Positions 27,330 to 39,370 of a stretch of 64,000 bases of DNA are shown here, piece by piece. The position numbers and the translations under genes were made by a program. A model generated the notes under the pieces. It made no database searches and was not told the origin of the DNA. It worked only from the letters and a program-made list of their open reading frames with translations. Every line of letters begins with the position of its first letter. The first letter of the stretch is position 1. The stretch comes from Octopus vulgaris (taxonomy: Eukaryota), in the NCBI GenBank assembly GCA_951406725.2, contig OX597815.1, positions 141,732,001 through 141,796,000 of the forward strand. The letters are read 5' to 3'.

Positions 27330-28490
27330 TAACAGCTCGTTTTTCGCAAGCTTTTGATGTGTAAGCCTTCCCATGTCTCAAGAGTCTTCCTTGCGATTCT
27401 TACACAACAGCGAATTGTAATTTTTCGCATATCAGCAATATGTGTCTTAGTTTCAATCTTTCACGAAATTTATTTCCACAGGTGTCTTTCATATTCCCTT
27501 CATGTATCTTGTCAGGTTGTGAATTTTCTCAATTTTCTCAGTTAACCTGATATCCATAATAATATCATACGGAATTGCAATGCTGTGATTTCTGTCTTCC
27601 GCGATCATATCTAGTCTCAGTGCTGAAATGGAATCATTGATCACTGTGGAGGGATCCCTTTAATATCTGTAATTATTTTTAAGCATGATAGCATCTGGCT
27701 TCTGTTCACAGAAATGTTACGGTAATTCTAATCCAAAAGCCGGGATATTGTTCCAATGTACATCTTGTTGACAAAGTCTTGCATGTAGTTATACCCTTTT
27801 TTCTGATAGTTATAGCATTTTTAGTGACTTCAATATTTTTTCCCTAGTATAATTTAGTATTTTCTTGTTAAACGTGCCATAGCTTTTCAATTAGATGATA
27901 AACTCTGCATTTCATAAACTTCTGCCAACTTCTTAGTAAATAGAGCTTATCAATATAATACTTAGTGTAGTGTGTGTCATGCATTTTGGAGAGATTCGTT
28001 GTCCTGTAAAATTTATATATTCCATATATAGCGAAGTATCTTAAAACTGGCATGGTCCCCCTGATAGTCATGACAATATTACTTATATTTAGATTTGTTT
28101 CAACCATCTTCCAAATTCTCTTCTTGTAATCTTTGGAGACTTTATCTTCCATTTCCATTTACATGAGTTTAGCATACTGTAGCATCCAGGGATGGTTCTA
28201 TCATTTATTTTCTTTCATATTGCAGTATATTTTTCCCGTCAGGTTTAAAGTTTAGACGAATTTTCGTGATTAAAACTACACATTTCTTTACTCCATCCTT
28301 CTTACCAAAAGTAGATATATGGAGTCAAATTGAATAATATATAAATTGAATATTATAAAAATGGAAATCATTGGAGTCTCTATCAGTCAGTAACATTTAT
28401 ATGATTATTTAGGAAACAGTGAAAACCTTTTTTAGTATAAGCCCCACGTGGTAAAATACTTTCTAGAAATGTCAGTTGGTTTGTGGTTTC
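27330..28490 (-). mobile_element. strongly decayed Dong/R4 LINE 3' half
   Basis: The minus strand gives KDYKKRIWK...LNISNIV..I....PVLRY and IDKLYLLR, ending in RIARKTLE next to the microsatellite. Confidence 0.65.
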
Positions 28491-28499
28491 CAGTATCTG

Positions 28500-29200
28500 A
28501 GCATTCAACTATATCACACAGTGAGGCAGCTTACCTGTTTTTGTCGAACGATTATACGTCAGTTTACCTGCAAGCATAGATGTAAGATACAGTGATTGCA
28601 GAACGAAGGGACGAAATCTCAGTACAATAATACAGGAAACGTTGAGAATTTTGCAATTGGGTGATAAGCATGAGCCAGCTAGGGATAGGTAGTCTTTCTT
28701 GATTGTAGCGATAGATGGTAAGAAATCCATTAACATATATTTGGTGGCAACAATCCGATAGTTTGTTTTTCTCGATGATGGATACTACAGGCTGTAACAA
28801 TAAATCAAATTTCTCAGAGATTACAATTGATAAACTAGAAGGTAAGAGAATTATCCTCTGATAAGGATAATTCATGTCATGTCCTTGAATTCATTTCCTC
28901 GATCTCAGAATCCCATAGAACGCGAGAGAAAAATGTGTAGCATTTTCGGTACCCCTTTATAAGGAAATGTAACTGTTACTAAGTATTATTGTAGAACCAT
29001 AGACTATAATGCTTCTGTAGTGTCATGTCATGCTTAAGGGGGACACTATAGCTCACGGCGTGCGACAAGAAGCATTCTATAAAACGGCAATCGTTTATCT
29101 AATATAGATGAAGACACTAATACAGCGTGAAGCTGCTTGCTGCTATTTTGAAATTATTTCCGATTGAAACATAGGTATAATAGTGCTTATTAACCTTCAA
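28500..29200 (+). mobile_element. possible decayed PLE GIY-YIG domain with hammerhead relic
   Basis: Hand translation IIRQFTCK...RTKGRNLSTIIQE resembles VIYQFTC...GRT.RNL..RI.EH. A relic hammerhead lies at 29115-29185. Confidence 0.4.
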
Positions 29201-29455
29201 TGTCAAAGTTAATTCCTCATTTTAAAATATATATCCCTACCAAAATTGCACGCACAACAGAAACAACTAGGTAGCCATACAATATCTATTCAAATGTCAA
29301 CATATAATTCCCCAAATCATTTCAACGCTAATTAGGGAGAGCTGCATGCATATACATATATGTGTGCGTGTGTGTATACATGCTTGTATATGTATATGTG
29401 TGCATGTACATATGTGTGCGTGTTGTGTACGTGTGCCTGTGTAATGTATATATAC

Positions 29456-29542
<87 letters not shown>

Positions 29543-29689
29543 CCAGTGTAGAAAATCAAGGTTAAAGGGTATTCCTAAACTACTAAAGTGTACGTTATAT
29601 TTGTATTTTGCTAAAAATATTACCTTCTTTTATATAATGATGAAAGTAGTCTTTTTTATTGACATCTTCCCAATATTCTCAACACTACT

Positions 29690-31020
29690 TGTGTATAATG
29701 TGGTCGGTGACCTTTCTCTTGTGCATCGATAACTGACCTCTCAGTACAGATATCTTGAACTATAAGTTTGTCTCCATATCTCATTGTCGTCTGCTTGTCA
29801 TCTTTCTTTGGATATTTTCTGTATTTCTGTTGGAATTACTTTCTTCCCCGCCTCTAACTCGTCAACTTTTTTATTGTCACCGCAAAATTCTTGTATTCGC
29901 CATATAATCTACCATAGGAATTAACTTTCTTCAATTTCCAAGTTTTAATATTGAAAAGGCGAATATATATGTTTAAACTTAACTATTCCATTTAATGAGG
30001 TAGCATGTCATTTCTCTTAACCTACGTCATAAATCAGCAAATACGTTTCAAAGCTGCCAACAAATATTCTTTCATATATCTTCACATTTTGTAAATTATT
30101 TGTATATATAATGTTCTTGTGTACGTATATTATTTCTTTCTTTTTGTGATTTCATGTAATCCTTGTTAGTGCATAGAAGGTGCTGCATTCCACGAATATG
30201 TGTTATCGTACAGAGCAATCATAATTGTACCTGATCATCATGTAGATCAACGAGATATTATTATTATCCTTTCCATCTCATCTTTTGTTGTAAATCCTGA
30301 AGTATTGCTTGCATAGCGGGCTTGCTGCATGCAACCGAAGGTATCATGATATCCTTTCTTTTCAGCTATCGTATACTTTCCTGATTATTCTGGCCGTGCT
30401 AAGGAGGCAAAACTTTTGTAACAGTTCTACTGGGCACGCTATTCCAATTTCCTTTATATTCCTTTTGATGCCTTCTGATACTGTTCCCAAAGACTCAATA
30501 GTTATTGGCGCTAATTTCACCTTAATTTTCCATTGCCAGGCTATTTTGTACTTAAGAAGATTGCAATTATCTCCTTTTTCGCATTCCTTCGTTGGCCAAA
30601 GGGGAACACAACATCAAACATATAGCACACGTGGTACGTCTTGTCGACCTCCACTATATCTGATCCGTTATGCTCTAGCACCCGATCGGTTTGGATTCGA
30701 AAACTCCAGATTTTGCAGGTCTCCGACTTCACCACTCACTTCGGTTTACATAACAAGTCTTTCCTCCCTCTAGCCCACACTTTTCGCACAGTTTCCATTA
30801 CTTTGTTTTTCTGTCAGGTTTCTTTATATCGTATTTGGTCCAGTCTATAAGTCCATCCCCATATCTGATAACGGATACTGCACTTGAATTTATTGATTCA
30901 ATGGGAGTTTTTGAATTCATCTTTGACTGCACAAATTTTCTTAATCCGCCTATGTACTCCCTATTGGTCATTTGTTTCATTCCTTCACTTTTCATCTCGT
31001 CTGCTTTCAATATTCCCAAG
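29690..31020 (-). mobile_element. Dong/R4 LINE fragments (RT end and RLE)
   Basis: YLGILKADEMK...REY..LRKFVQSKMNSK...SINSSAVSVIRYGDGLIDWT; KIWSFRIQTDRVLEHNGSDIVEVDK. Confidence 0.8.
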
Positions 31021-31021
31021 T

Positions 31022-31545
31022 AACGGAAAAGTAGTGCACGAAAAGGGGACGGCAAAACTTCTTTGTGACTTTCACTTCCTGACAGACATAACATTAGAGC
31101 ACCAAAGGCTGGATATAGTAACCTTTAGGAAGGACAAACAAGAGTGCCTAATAAATGACGTGGCAGTACCAGGAGATCAACATATCATCATGAAAGAAAG
31201 AGAAAGGATTGATAAATATGGAGACCTGAGAATTGAGTTCGCTAAAATAGGGAAGCTATGAGAGTCAAAAATAAATGTTATCGTTATAGTCATCGGAGCA
31301 TTGGATTCATTGCAAACCAATCTGAAAAACATCTGAAAACTTTAGAAATATCCTACAATCTAGGTAAATTGCAAAGGTCTGCATTACTTAGAATTGCACG
31401 CATATTGCGTAAAGTATTGTCTGTTTGAGGTCATGTTTATGACTGACAAACAGTAGAGGATACCCCACCTCGTAGACACAATATCTTCAACCAACAACCA
31501 CTCGATATTGTATACTGTGCGGCATCTTCAATTATAGTGATAATT
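31022..31545 (+). mobile_element. Dong/R4 LINE RLE domain and 3' end
   Basis: KLLCDFHFLTDITLEHQRLDIV..RKDKQECLINDVAVPGD....KERERIDKYGDLRIE...IVIGALG...ILRKVLSV*. Confidence 0.88.
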
Positions 31546-32030
31546 ATAATGGAGATCCGAACCCCATCAACCGCTAGGACCATATGTGCATAACAACTGG
31601 AGATGTAATTGTATAGGTCTCAAAATTTCCAAACTGGAAAGTCGCAGGACCAGATGGAATTCAAGGCTACTGAATCAAGAGGGTTAGGTCAACACACAAG
31701 AGAACTGCATTGAAATTAGACAATTGCCTACAGAGTGGTGCAATTCCGGAGTGGATGTTTGGTCAGGCGATCGCAATGGTTCATTACATCCCATAGGATT
31801 TTGCAATTCTAATTTTCGAGGTCTACTTTGCTCTTTGTTGGCCGTGGTTTCCCCAGAGCTCTCAATGGATTATTCTTGCCACATTGTGTGTCTTTTGTAA
31901 TCGCCTTGTGCCAATTCTGCATTTTTCTTCGCGTTCACATCTCTTGCGAACCGACCGTACATTTACTTTCTCTTGTATGCTTTTTTTTACTTTTTTTGCA
32001 CATTCTTGTTTATAGCTTTCATTAGTTACA
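31545..32030. mobile_element. short Dong/R4 RT fragments on both strands
   Basis: Plus strand reads NWKVAGPDGIQGY*IKR...GAIPEWM. The following segment on the minus strand resembles the post-RT region. Confidence 0.55.
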
Positions 32031-32058
32031 CGTGAAAATTATTATTATTATTATTAGC

Positions 32059-32110
<52 letters not shown>

Positions 32111-32111
32111 T

Positions 32112-32400
32112 TCCATGTTTCCAAAGGTGAATTATCCAAACCTCTAAGAATTCCTTTCAACACACGGCTATGATGCACCCACTGCTTCTGCTCGTGGTCA
32201 GAGATGTACATATCGTCAGCCACTAAGAGACATGCTCAACTAGTTATGGTCAAACAACTGACAAGCAAATCTGTGGTATTGAGCATATTTGCTGTAGCCC
32301 ATCTTTTATACCAAGACAAAACAATGTACATAACACTTCCAATTAGTTAAGATTAAAAGCCACGAGAACCACTGTCTGATACCACATCAGGGCATTTATA
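32112..32400. mobile_element. partial copy of a non-coding interspersed repeat embedded in (TAG)/(TTA) tracts
   Basis: Aligns with 32756-33050 (ccatgtttccaaaggtgaattatccaaa...catcagggcattta). Confidence 0.85.
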
Positions 32401-32407
32401 TTTATTG

Positions 32408-32466
<59 letters not shown>

Positions 32467-32492
32467 GTTATTGTTGTTGTTATTGTTGTTGT

Positions 32493-33050
32493 TGAGTGAG
32501 AGAGCAGTGCATGCCATCAAAGTGACACTTGGGTTAAATATAAGAAGCCCAGTATACCCATCATGACTACCCGTATGATAAGGGTACACTAGGCACATGC
32601 ATCACAACTATATGTGCGCGACATGGTGATGGATCACCAAAAAATAGCGCATGACCTTGCAGGTGGGGCCCAGTTAGAATTTTCTTCTGGTCGAGTAACC
32701 CATCCCACTCAAAGGTCCCTGAATAAGGATTGTTTAAGGATGTTGAACGAAACACCCATGTTTCCAAAGGTGAATTATCCAAATTTCCAAGAATTCCTTT
32801 CAACACATGGATATGATGCTCCCCCCACTACTTCTGCTCGTGATGAGATGCACATATCGTCAGCCACCAAGGGACATGCTCAACTGATTAAGATCAAACA
32901 ACTGACGGGCAAATCTGTGGTATTGAGCAGAATATTTGTTGCAGCCCATCTTTTATACCAAGACAAAACAATGTATATGATAACACTTCCAATCAGTTAA
33001 GATCAGAAGCCACGAGAACCACTGTCTGGTACTGCATCAGGGCATTTATT
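32493..33050. mobile_element. ~560 bp non-coding interspersed repeat flanked by (TTA)n on both sides
   Basis: Higher-GC segment with no recognisable protein motif, bounded by TTA repeats and partly duplicated at 32112-32400. Confidence 0.8.
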
Positions 33051-33209
33051 ATTATTTTTATTATTATCATTTATAAATATTATTTATTATTATCATTTAT
33101 TATTATTATTATTATTATCATTTATTATTATTATTATTATTATTATTAATATCATCATGATGATCATCATGATGATCATCATGATGATCATCGTTTTTAT
33201 TATTATTAA

Positions 33210-36200
33210 GTTGTCTTATTTTTTATCACGTTTCACTGCACTACTGAGTTCTGTGTGCTTTGGGTATGTGCTGTGGTTTATTGTGGTGTTCTTATTTTCA
33301 CTGTATTGAAAAAGCTTTTCCTAGGATGTGCGATGCCTAGTGGTGCAATTATCTGTATGTTATAGACACTTGTAAGTCTTGATGTTTTTATTATATTTAG
33401 GCCTGAATATCTTTTATCGTACCTATTGCGTTTTATATAACTGGAACTGTTTCTCATTTTAGGCTTCGCATTCGAGCAGATCTTTGTATTTTGAAAATTT
33501 CTCTGTTTCTTGGTATTGATACATCGATTAGAAAGCATTTTTTTCTTGTTGATCTCTCACAACCGTATCCGGCCTATTAGCCGTTATTTCTCTATCTTTG
33601 TGTATTGGCATATCCCAGGGTATGGTTTCTTTCTCATTTTCTGTGCTCTTTTCTGGGGTGTACCTATACCGTCTTTTTCTGTTGTCATTCTATAGTGTTG
33701 TCATAGCTTCCGGTGTACATAAACCCCAACTCAGTCCTTCTTAGCCAGTACTAGGCAACCAGAGGCTATATGATTTTATTATTTCTTCTTCATCACCATA
33801 TAATCTGCAGCCACTTGTATATTTTTCATTATGTCTTTTTGGTGATTTCTGGTGTCAAGGCTTTGCTCTTATGCTGCAATAAAAACATGTGCAGTCTCTA
33901 CTTCGAGTTCTAAACTTCTCAACCATTGTTCAGCTTTTGCTTTGTCTATTTATTTTCTAATTAGCTTAACCCAATATTTGGCATGTAGTGGCGTTTCTTG
34001 CCACTGTTTATCATGATACATTGCTGTTTCAGTTTTACTTTGGATTTCAGTTGTTTTACAGCTTTTATTATTTCTCCCTTTCTTCATATTTGTCAGGTAC
34101 TGTGACTTCTGTTTTTTGTATTTGACAGCTTCCCTCAAGACAGGAAACATTTTTTTGTTTTGTTCGCCTTTTGTGGTTGTTAGTATTAATTTTTCTTGCT
34201 TCTGGAGCAGTTATTTTTCTAATGCTATGGTGGTTATTTTGTCATAGTTCTGTAGCTGTATAAAGCGTCTACCACATTCAATACGTTTTATATATAACTT
34301 TTCTCTGTCAGATTTTGGGTGATGCATCCTAAATCCTGTCATTATTTTTTCTTGTTTTCCTCTCTATTTTGATTATGTCATTTAGAGACCAGTTAAGAGT
34401 GTTGTAGCTGTAACTTATCACTGGGAACAGCTAAAGTGTTGATACCTATTATCTTGATTTTTGCATTCGAATCTGTTTTGAGTATTAATCTAACTCGTTT
34501 ATAGTATTCCTTTCTTACCTTCTCTTTTATTTGTGTGTTGTATCGTATCTAGTTAGGCATCTGTATGTCTGGCTTTGTTCTAATTCTATTATTTCATTTG
34601 ATTTATTTAGCGTGATGTTGTGACTCTTAACTGTTTTACCTATTTTCAAGGCTGGTTTGACACAATTTTCTAAGCCAAATTTTCATATATATTTCTTTGG
34701 TAAATCTATTTACTGTCTGTAGTAGTCTTCCGAGTTGTTTATCATTTGCAGCATACAGTTCTAAATCTTCCATATACAATAGACTGTTGATTGTTTTGCC
34801 GTAACAATTATATCCACTACCAGTTCTGTTTAACACGTCAGATAAAAGTGTCAGTGCAAAGTGTGAAAGGAGTGGTGAGGGCTTGTTTCCCTGGAATATT
34901 CCCATTCTAATGGGGATGCCTTTGAATTTTACGAGTTCCTCTTTTGTCTGAAGCTGTACCATTGTTTGTCAATTATTTATGGGACTTTATTTATTTTATA
35001 ATTATGGGTGTTACCTTGTTCATGGCTAGTGTTTCTAAGAGCCATGTGTAGGGAACACTATCAAAAACCTTTCGATAATCAATCCAACCTATGCTTTCGA
35101 CCCTTCGTTATTCTGTCTTCAGTTATGACTTTATTGATCAATGAAAGATTTTTACACATGTAAGAGCCCTTACAGCATTCCTTCTGCTCTTCTGCTCTTC
35201 TGGAAACAAGTTGTTTTGTTCCAGATGCTTGCCTATTTTCTGAGATATTATTGCACTAAAGATTTTGTAAATTGTAGTGAGACAAGTTATCGGTTTGTAC
35301 TTCTGTGGGTCAGCCGTTTCAGTGGTCCACAGAATTAGGATAATTTTCCTTTCCATGAGCCATTCAGGCATTGTCTCTGGCTCTGCTAGTATTTCATTAC
35401 ATTTCTCAGCCAGCGTTTTATGTATTACTGTTAGATATTTTAACCAGAAGATTGAGATCATATCGTTCCTGGGTGCCATCCAGTTGCTTAGATCTTGCAG
35501 TGTCTGGGTGACCTCTTCAGTTGTTATAGGATTTCAGAGTTGTTCAGTTGCTGTGCTTATTATTTTGATAGATCTTTTCTGAGATTGTTCCTTCGCCGAC
35601 CATATTTCTTTCCAAAATTCTTCCACCTCTTCTGCTGTTCGTGCTGTATTTTATTTTTGTCAAGTTCTTGGTAGAATTTTGGTGGGTTGGAGTTGAAATG
35701 TTTGTTTTGTTCAAAGAAACGTTGGCGTTTCTCATACCAGCGTCTTCTTCGTGCTTTGGTGAGGTCATCTCACTTTAGCTGTTCCTTCACCTCAGATATA
35801 CATTGTTCTGAATTTTGCTACTTACCTAGTATGTTGTTCTGGTTTACTTCATTTTCCTCATCATAATGTTTTCCTACAGTTTGGGTTTGTTGTCTTTCGT
35901 TGCTTACTTCGTTTGTGTTGGACATCTTACGTCTGCCTTAGTATTTTATAGCCCCACTGCTTATGATATTATTTAGCAATTCTAGGTGGTCACTATCTAC
36001 GTTTTCCTGGTGTGTTTTTCCTTTTGAGTGTTATTTCTTCTATTTCTGATATTGTTTTTGCTTTGAGAATATATCTCCGTTTGTTAGCTAGTTTATTAGA
36101 GTTCATTACTATATCCAAATCTTTATCTAGATTATTTAACCAGATTTAATCTGTATATGTTGTCATGTTTTCGTTCTGTGAGTAGAGCACTACCGTAAAG

Positions 36201-36600
36201 TAAGCGTTTAAGATTGAAATATATCCTCACCTGTCTATATATGCTTTTTGATTTGATTTGCGGGGCGTGAGGAATAACATCCAGCCCTTTATTTTTATGG
36301 TCATCATTTTTGTAGGGTACCGGTACGTACATTTCTGGTGTTAAATTGTTTTACACGTGTTGTTTTTCGTACTTTTTGTGTAATATGTTTAAATTACGTA
36401 CTTCAAGTTTGCTATTTTTCGGTTGGATAACGCGATTATTATTTAATTCATTTTTCATTTATTTTTGTGTTTATGGTAGTTGGGGACGGATATGGTGTGA
36501 TGTTGATTTGAACCGTAATGTTGTGAGCGTGTTTATACGTTTTGTGCCAGTGATGGAGATGATACACAATCAAAATACAAAATTTCATTTGGAAAATAGA
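33210..36600 (-). mobile_element. near full-length decayed Dong/R4 LINE, subfamily B
   Basis: RT motifs APRNDMISIFWLK, PEWL, YKPITCLTTIYK, PEEQK, WIDYRKVFDSVP, GIFQG..PSPLL and LLYMEDLELYA; RLE NRPD...LIDVSIP; 3' UTR cacagcacatacccaaagcacacagaac next to (TAA)n. Confidence 0.92.
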
Positions 36601-36654
36601 GATAAATTTTAATGAGTATTACTTACGTGGATATAATCCAATACTTTGTAAGTT

Positions 36655-36825
36655 TTTATCATTGCCTTTGCGCATCTTCTAACGCTAGAGATATATTACA
36701 GTGTCAGCTGTTCACTACCAGTGAACCAAGGTAACACCCTATATTTTTCTAGCACCTTCCAGAGTATTCGAGCGGTTCCAAGCAGTGCTGTTTCTGCAAA
36801 TGCTCTACCCTTATTGTAGCCTGTA
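36655..36825 (-). mobile_element. short Dong/R4 3' end
   Basis: The minus strand gives LQK.ALLGTARILWKVLEK followed by a 3' UTR. A microsatellite lies at its 5' side. Confidence 0.75.
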
Positions 36826-36850
36826 TTTGTTTTTTATCATCGTAATCATG

Positions 36851-37028
<178 letters not shown>

Positions 37029-39003
37029 CATTGCAACTTAAGTAGGATGCCTCAAAAGTGCTTAATATAAAAGTGAATGTATGCTGGGAGATGAAACTAC
37101 ATTGCCCGTTTCATGCCGAAATCTAGACATTGTTCTATCACCACCAAATAGCATGACAGATGACTTCCAAAAGACATTACTGACTTATAAAATATTCAAA
37201 ATGCTCAGACAAAACCACTCCCAAAAATATCATTAGAATTTATAATATATATAGAAGCACACAACTGGATTGGACAGTAGGGCATGTGCAATATACCACT
37301 GCCTGCAGCTAAAGTGTTGTACGATCTTCAAATTCATCGTGTCGTGGTGTAATTAGAAACCAAGCACTCTGTATCACGACACATGATTCATTCTGATTAC
37401 ATGTACTGATAGTTACATTATTCCAAACATCGTATGATCCAAAATGTCCTACTACTATACAAGTTATAAGCGAAAGAGAAATCATCAGCGTGGACTCTTG
37501 AGACACTGTAAAGTACAGCTTTACATTCCAATATTAGAGAACGCTATCTCTCACATTCAGTAAGGTAACACAAAATATATTATGTCTCTATACGTAAAGC
37601 AGAAGGAAACAAAATTGCAGTAGGAGACACACATTACATCTTTCATGTTAGATACAAGATTCTCGACTTAATTCGTAAAAAAATAGCACTTTTTTGGAAT
37701 TGCCCTATATTTCGATCTGTTGCAAATAAGACTACACCGCATTTGTTTTGAGTTTATTCAGGCTGAGACAGATTGTCTTAAACTCAAAACAGAAACAAAA
37801 ACTTCAAATTACTATCACTTAAGTGTTCTTTTCAACTTCCATATTTTTTTCTTTTCCATAATTATCAGTGTCTAGTTTACTTATATATTAAATGAACTTG
37901 CATCTATTTTATGTATCTAGACGAATTCTAGTCTAATACACTGGTCATGGATAATTGCAAATTATCCAAACAGATCGTTATGCATAACAAAATTAAACGT
38001 GCGAAACTCTTTGAGGTATTGCTGAGAAAAAAAAAAACATAACAGGAAATAATAAAGCAGAAAGTTAATTTCTCTTCAAAATATCTAATGTACGTACATA
38101 TTATGTACATAAGGCAAATTTGTTTGACGCCATTATCACCCACATTGTTACATTCCGAAAGTACGCTCAATGCATAAGAAGCAAAAATAGGTAATATATT
38201 TGGCTAACAGACGACAAAAGCAGCATTAGTGTGGAAACAATATATAGTGTGGGAACCATTATTATATGGCAGCGCTCTAAAATTACGGCTGCTACTACAC
38301 TTGTTACAATTTTGTTTCCGAAAATCTCAGCTACATTGGTAAGAAACTCTCAGGAACGCCGTCAAGTCCCAGTCAATTGCCTTTAATGAACTGTGCATAT
38401 TTTGACATTTCACTTGTCAACGCTACTATAACTTGCATAATTTAGTGAACATTATACATTGAAGATTTTCCAGTAAAGTACAAGGTGGCCTCAGGAAGAT
38501 AATTCTAGAGGTTTATGTGTGTGTGTGTGTGTGTGTGTATTTGTATGTGTGCGTGTGTGTGTGTTTGTGTGTGCTAAACGTTATAGTGTAGAAACCACCT
38601 AATTTCCACTTGTTTTGCTTTGAAATACAGATTTGTTTTGAAATGCAACAATATTACATCTTACCATTGAACAATTCATATATTCCCTAAACTAAGATAT
38701 TAGCCGTTATCCTACACATTCATATCAGAAGAATAATTGTAGAATTATGGAATATTCAACAAGTAGTAGTGAATGTTTCATTAACTTTTTTCTCCTTTTA
38801 ATTCCAATACTAAATTATATGACCCATGATTTATGATCAATGTGGTGGGGGTATTTGTTTTTTATCAAAACATTGACGTATAGGGTTAAATAAGAAATGA
38901 AATGAAAGATCGATTGTCTTTGGGTAAATAAACAAGTTTTTTTACCTGCTCAGTTGCTAACTCTCTCCCCGTCTGGCTACCAGTTTAAATCTTCAATAGA
39001 ATC

Positions 39004-39370
39004 TTTATTACTCTGCTTTCGCTTTTGCACGCAGGCAGGGTATAGTAGTCGCTCGTCTCTGTCTGTTTATCTGTGTGTTTGCAAAATTACAGGAAAACAG
39101 CTGAAATAATTTTCACTAAATTTGACGGAAATACTCGTTGGCTCGAACTCATTATTTTGGTTTGATCATCTTCAAAACTGGCGGATATGTAAATCAAAAT
39201 TACCTTTTTTTCTTTGTTGCATATGCATAAACGATAAGCAGTGGAAATAACTATAAATGCTATTTTGTTGAAATATGAATTCGTCTGAGAATATATCTAT
39301 TAAATTAAATATTATTCTATTTTTGTGTGCGCGCAGGGTATGTATCGACCCTCCGATGCCTTTATTTTGT
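39004..39370 (+). mobile_element. Helentron-associated (HINE/DINE-1-like) non-autonomous element
   Basis: 5' sub-terminal tactctgc (39009-39016) with two complementary copies gcagggta (39035-39042 and 39333-39340), a tctgtctg-type tract, a 3' hairpin gtatcg-accctc-cgatgc (39342-39359) and T-rich flanks. Confidence 0.65.
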
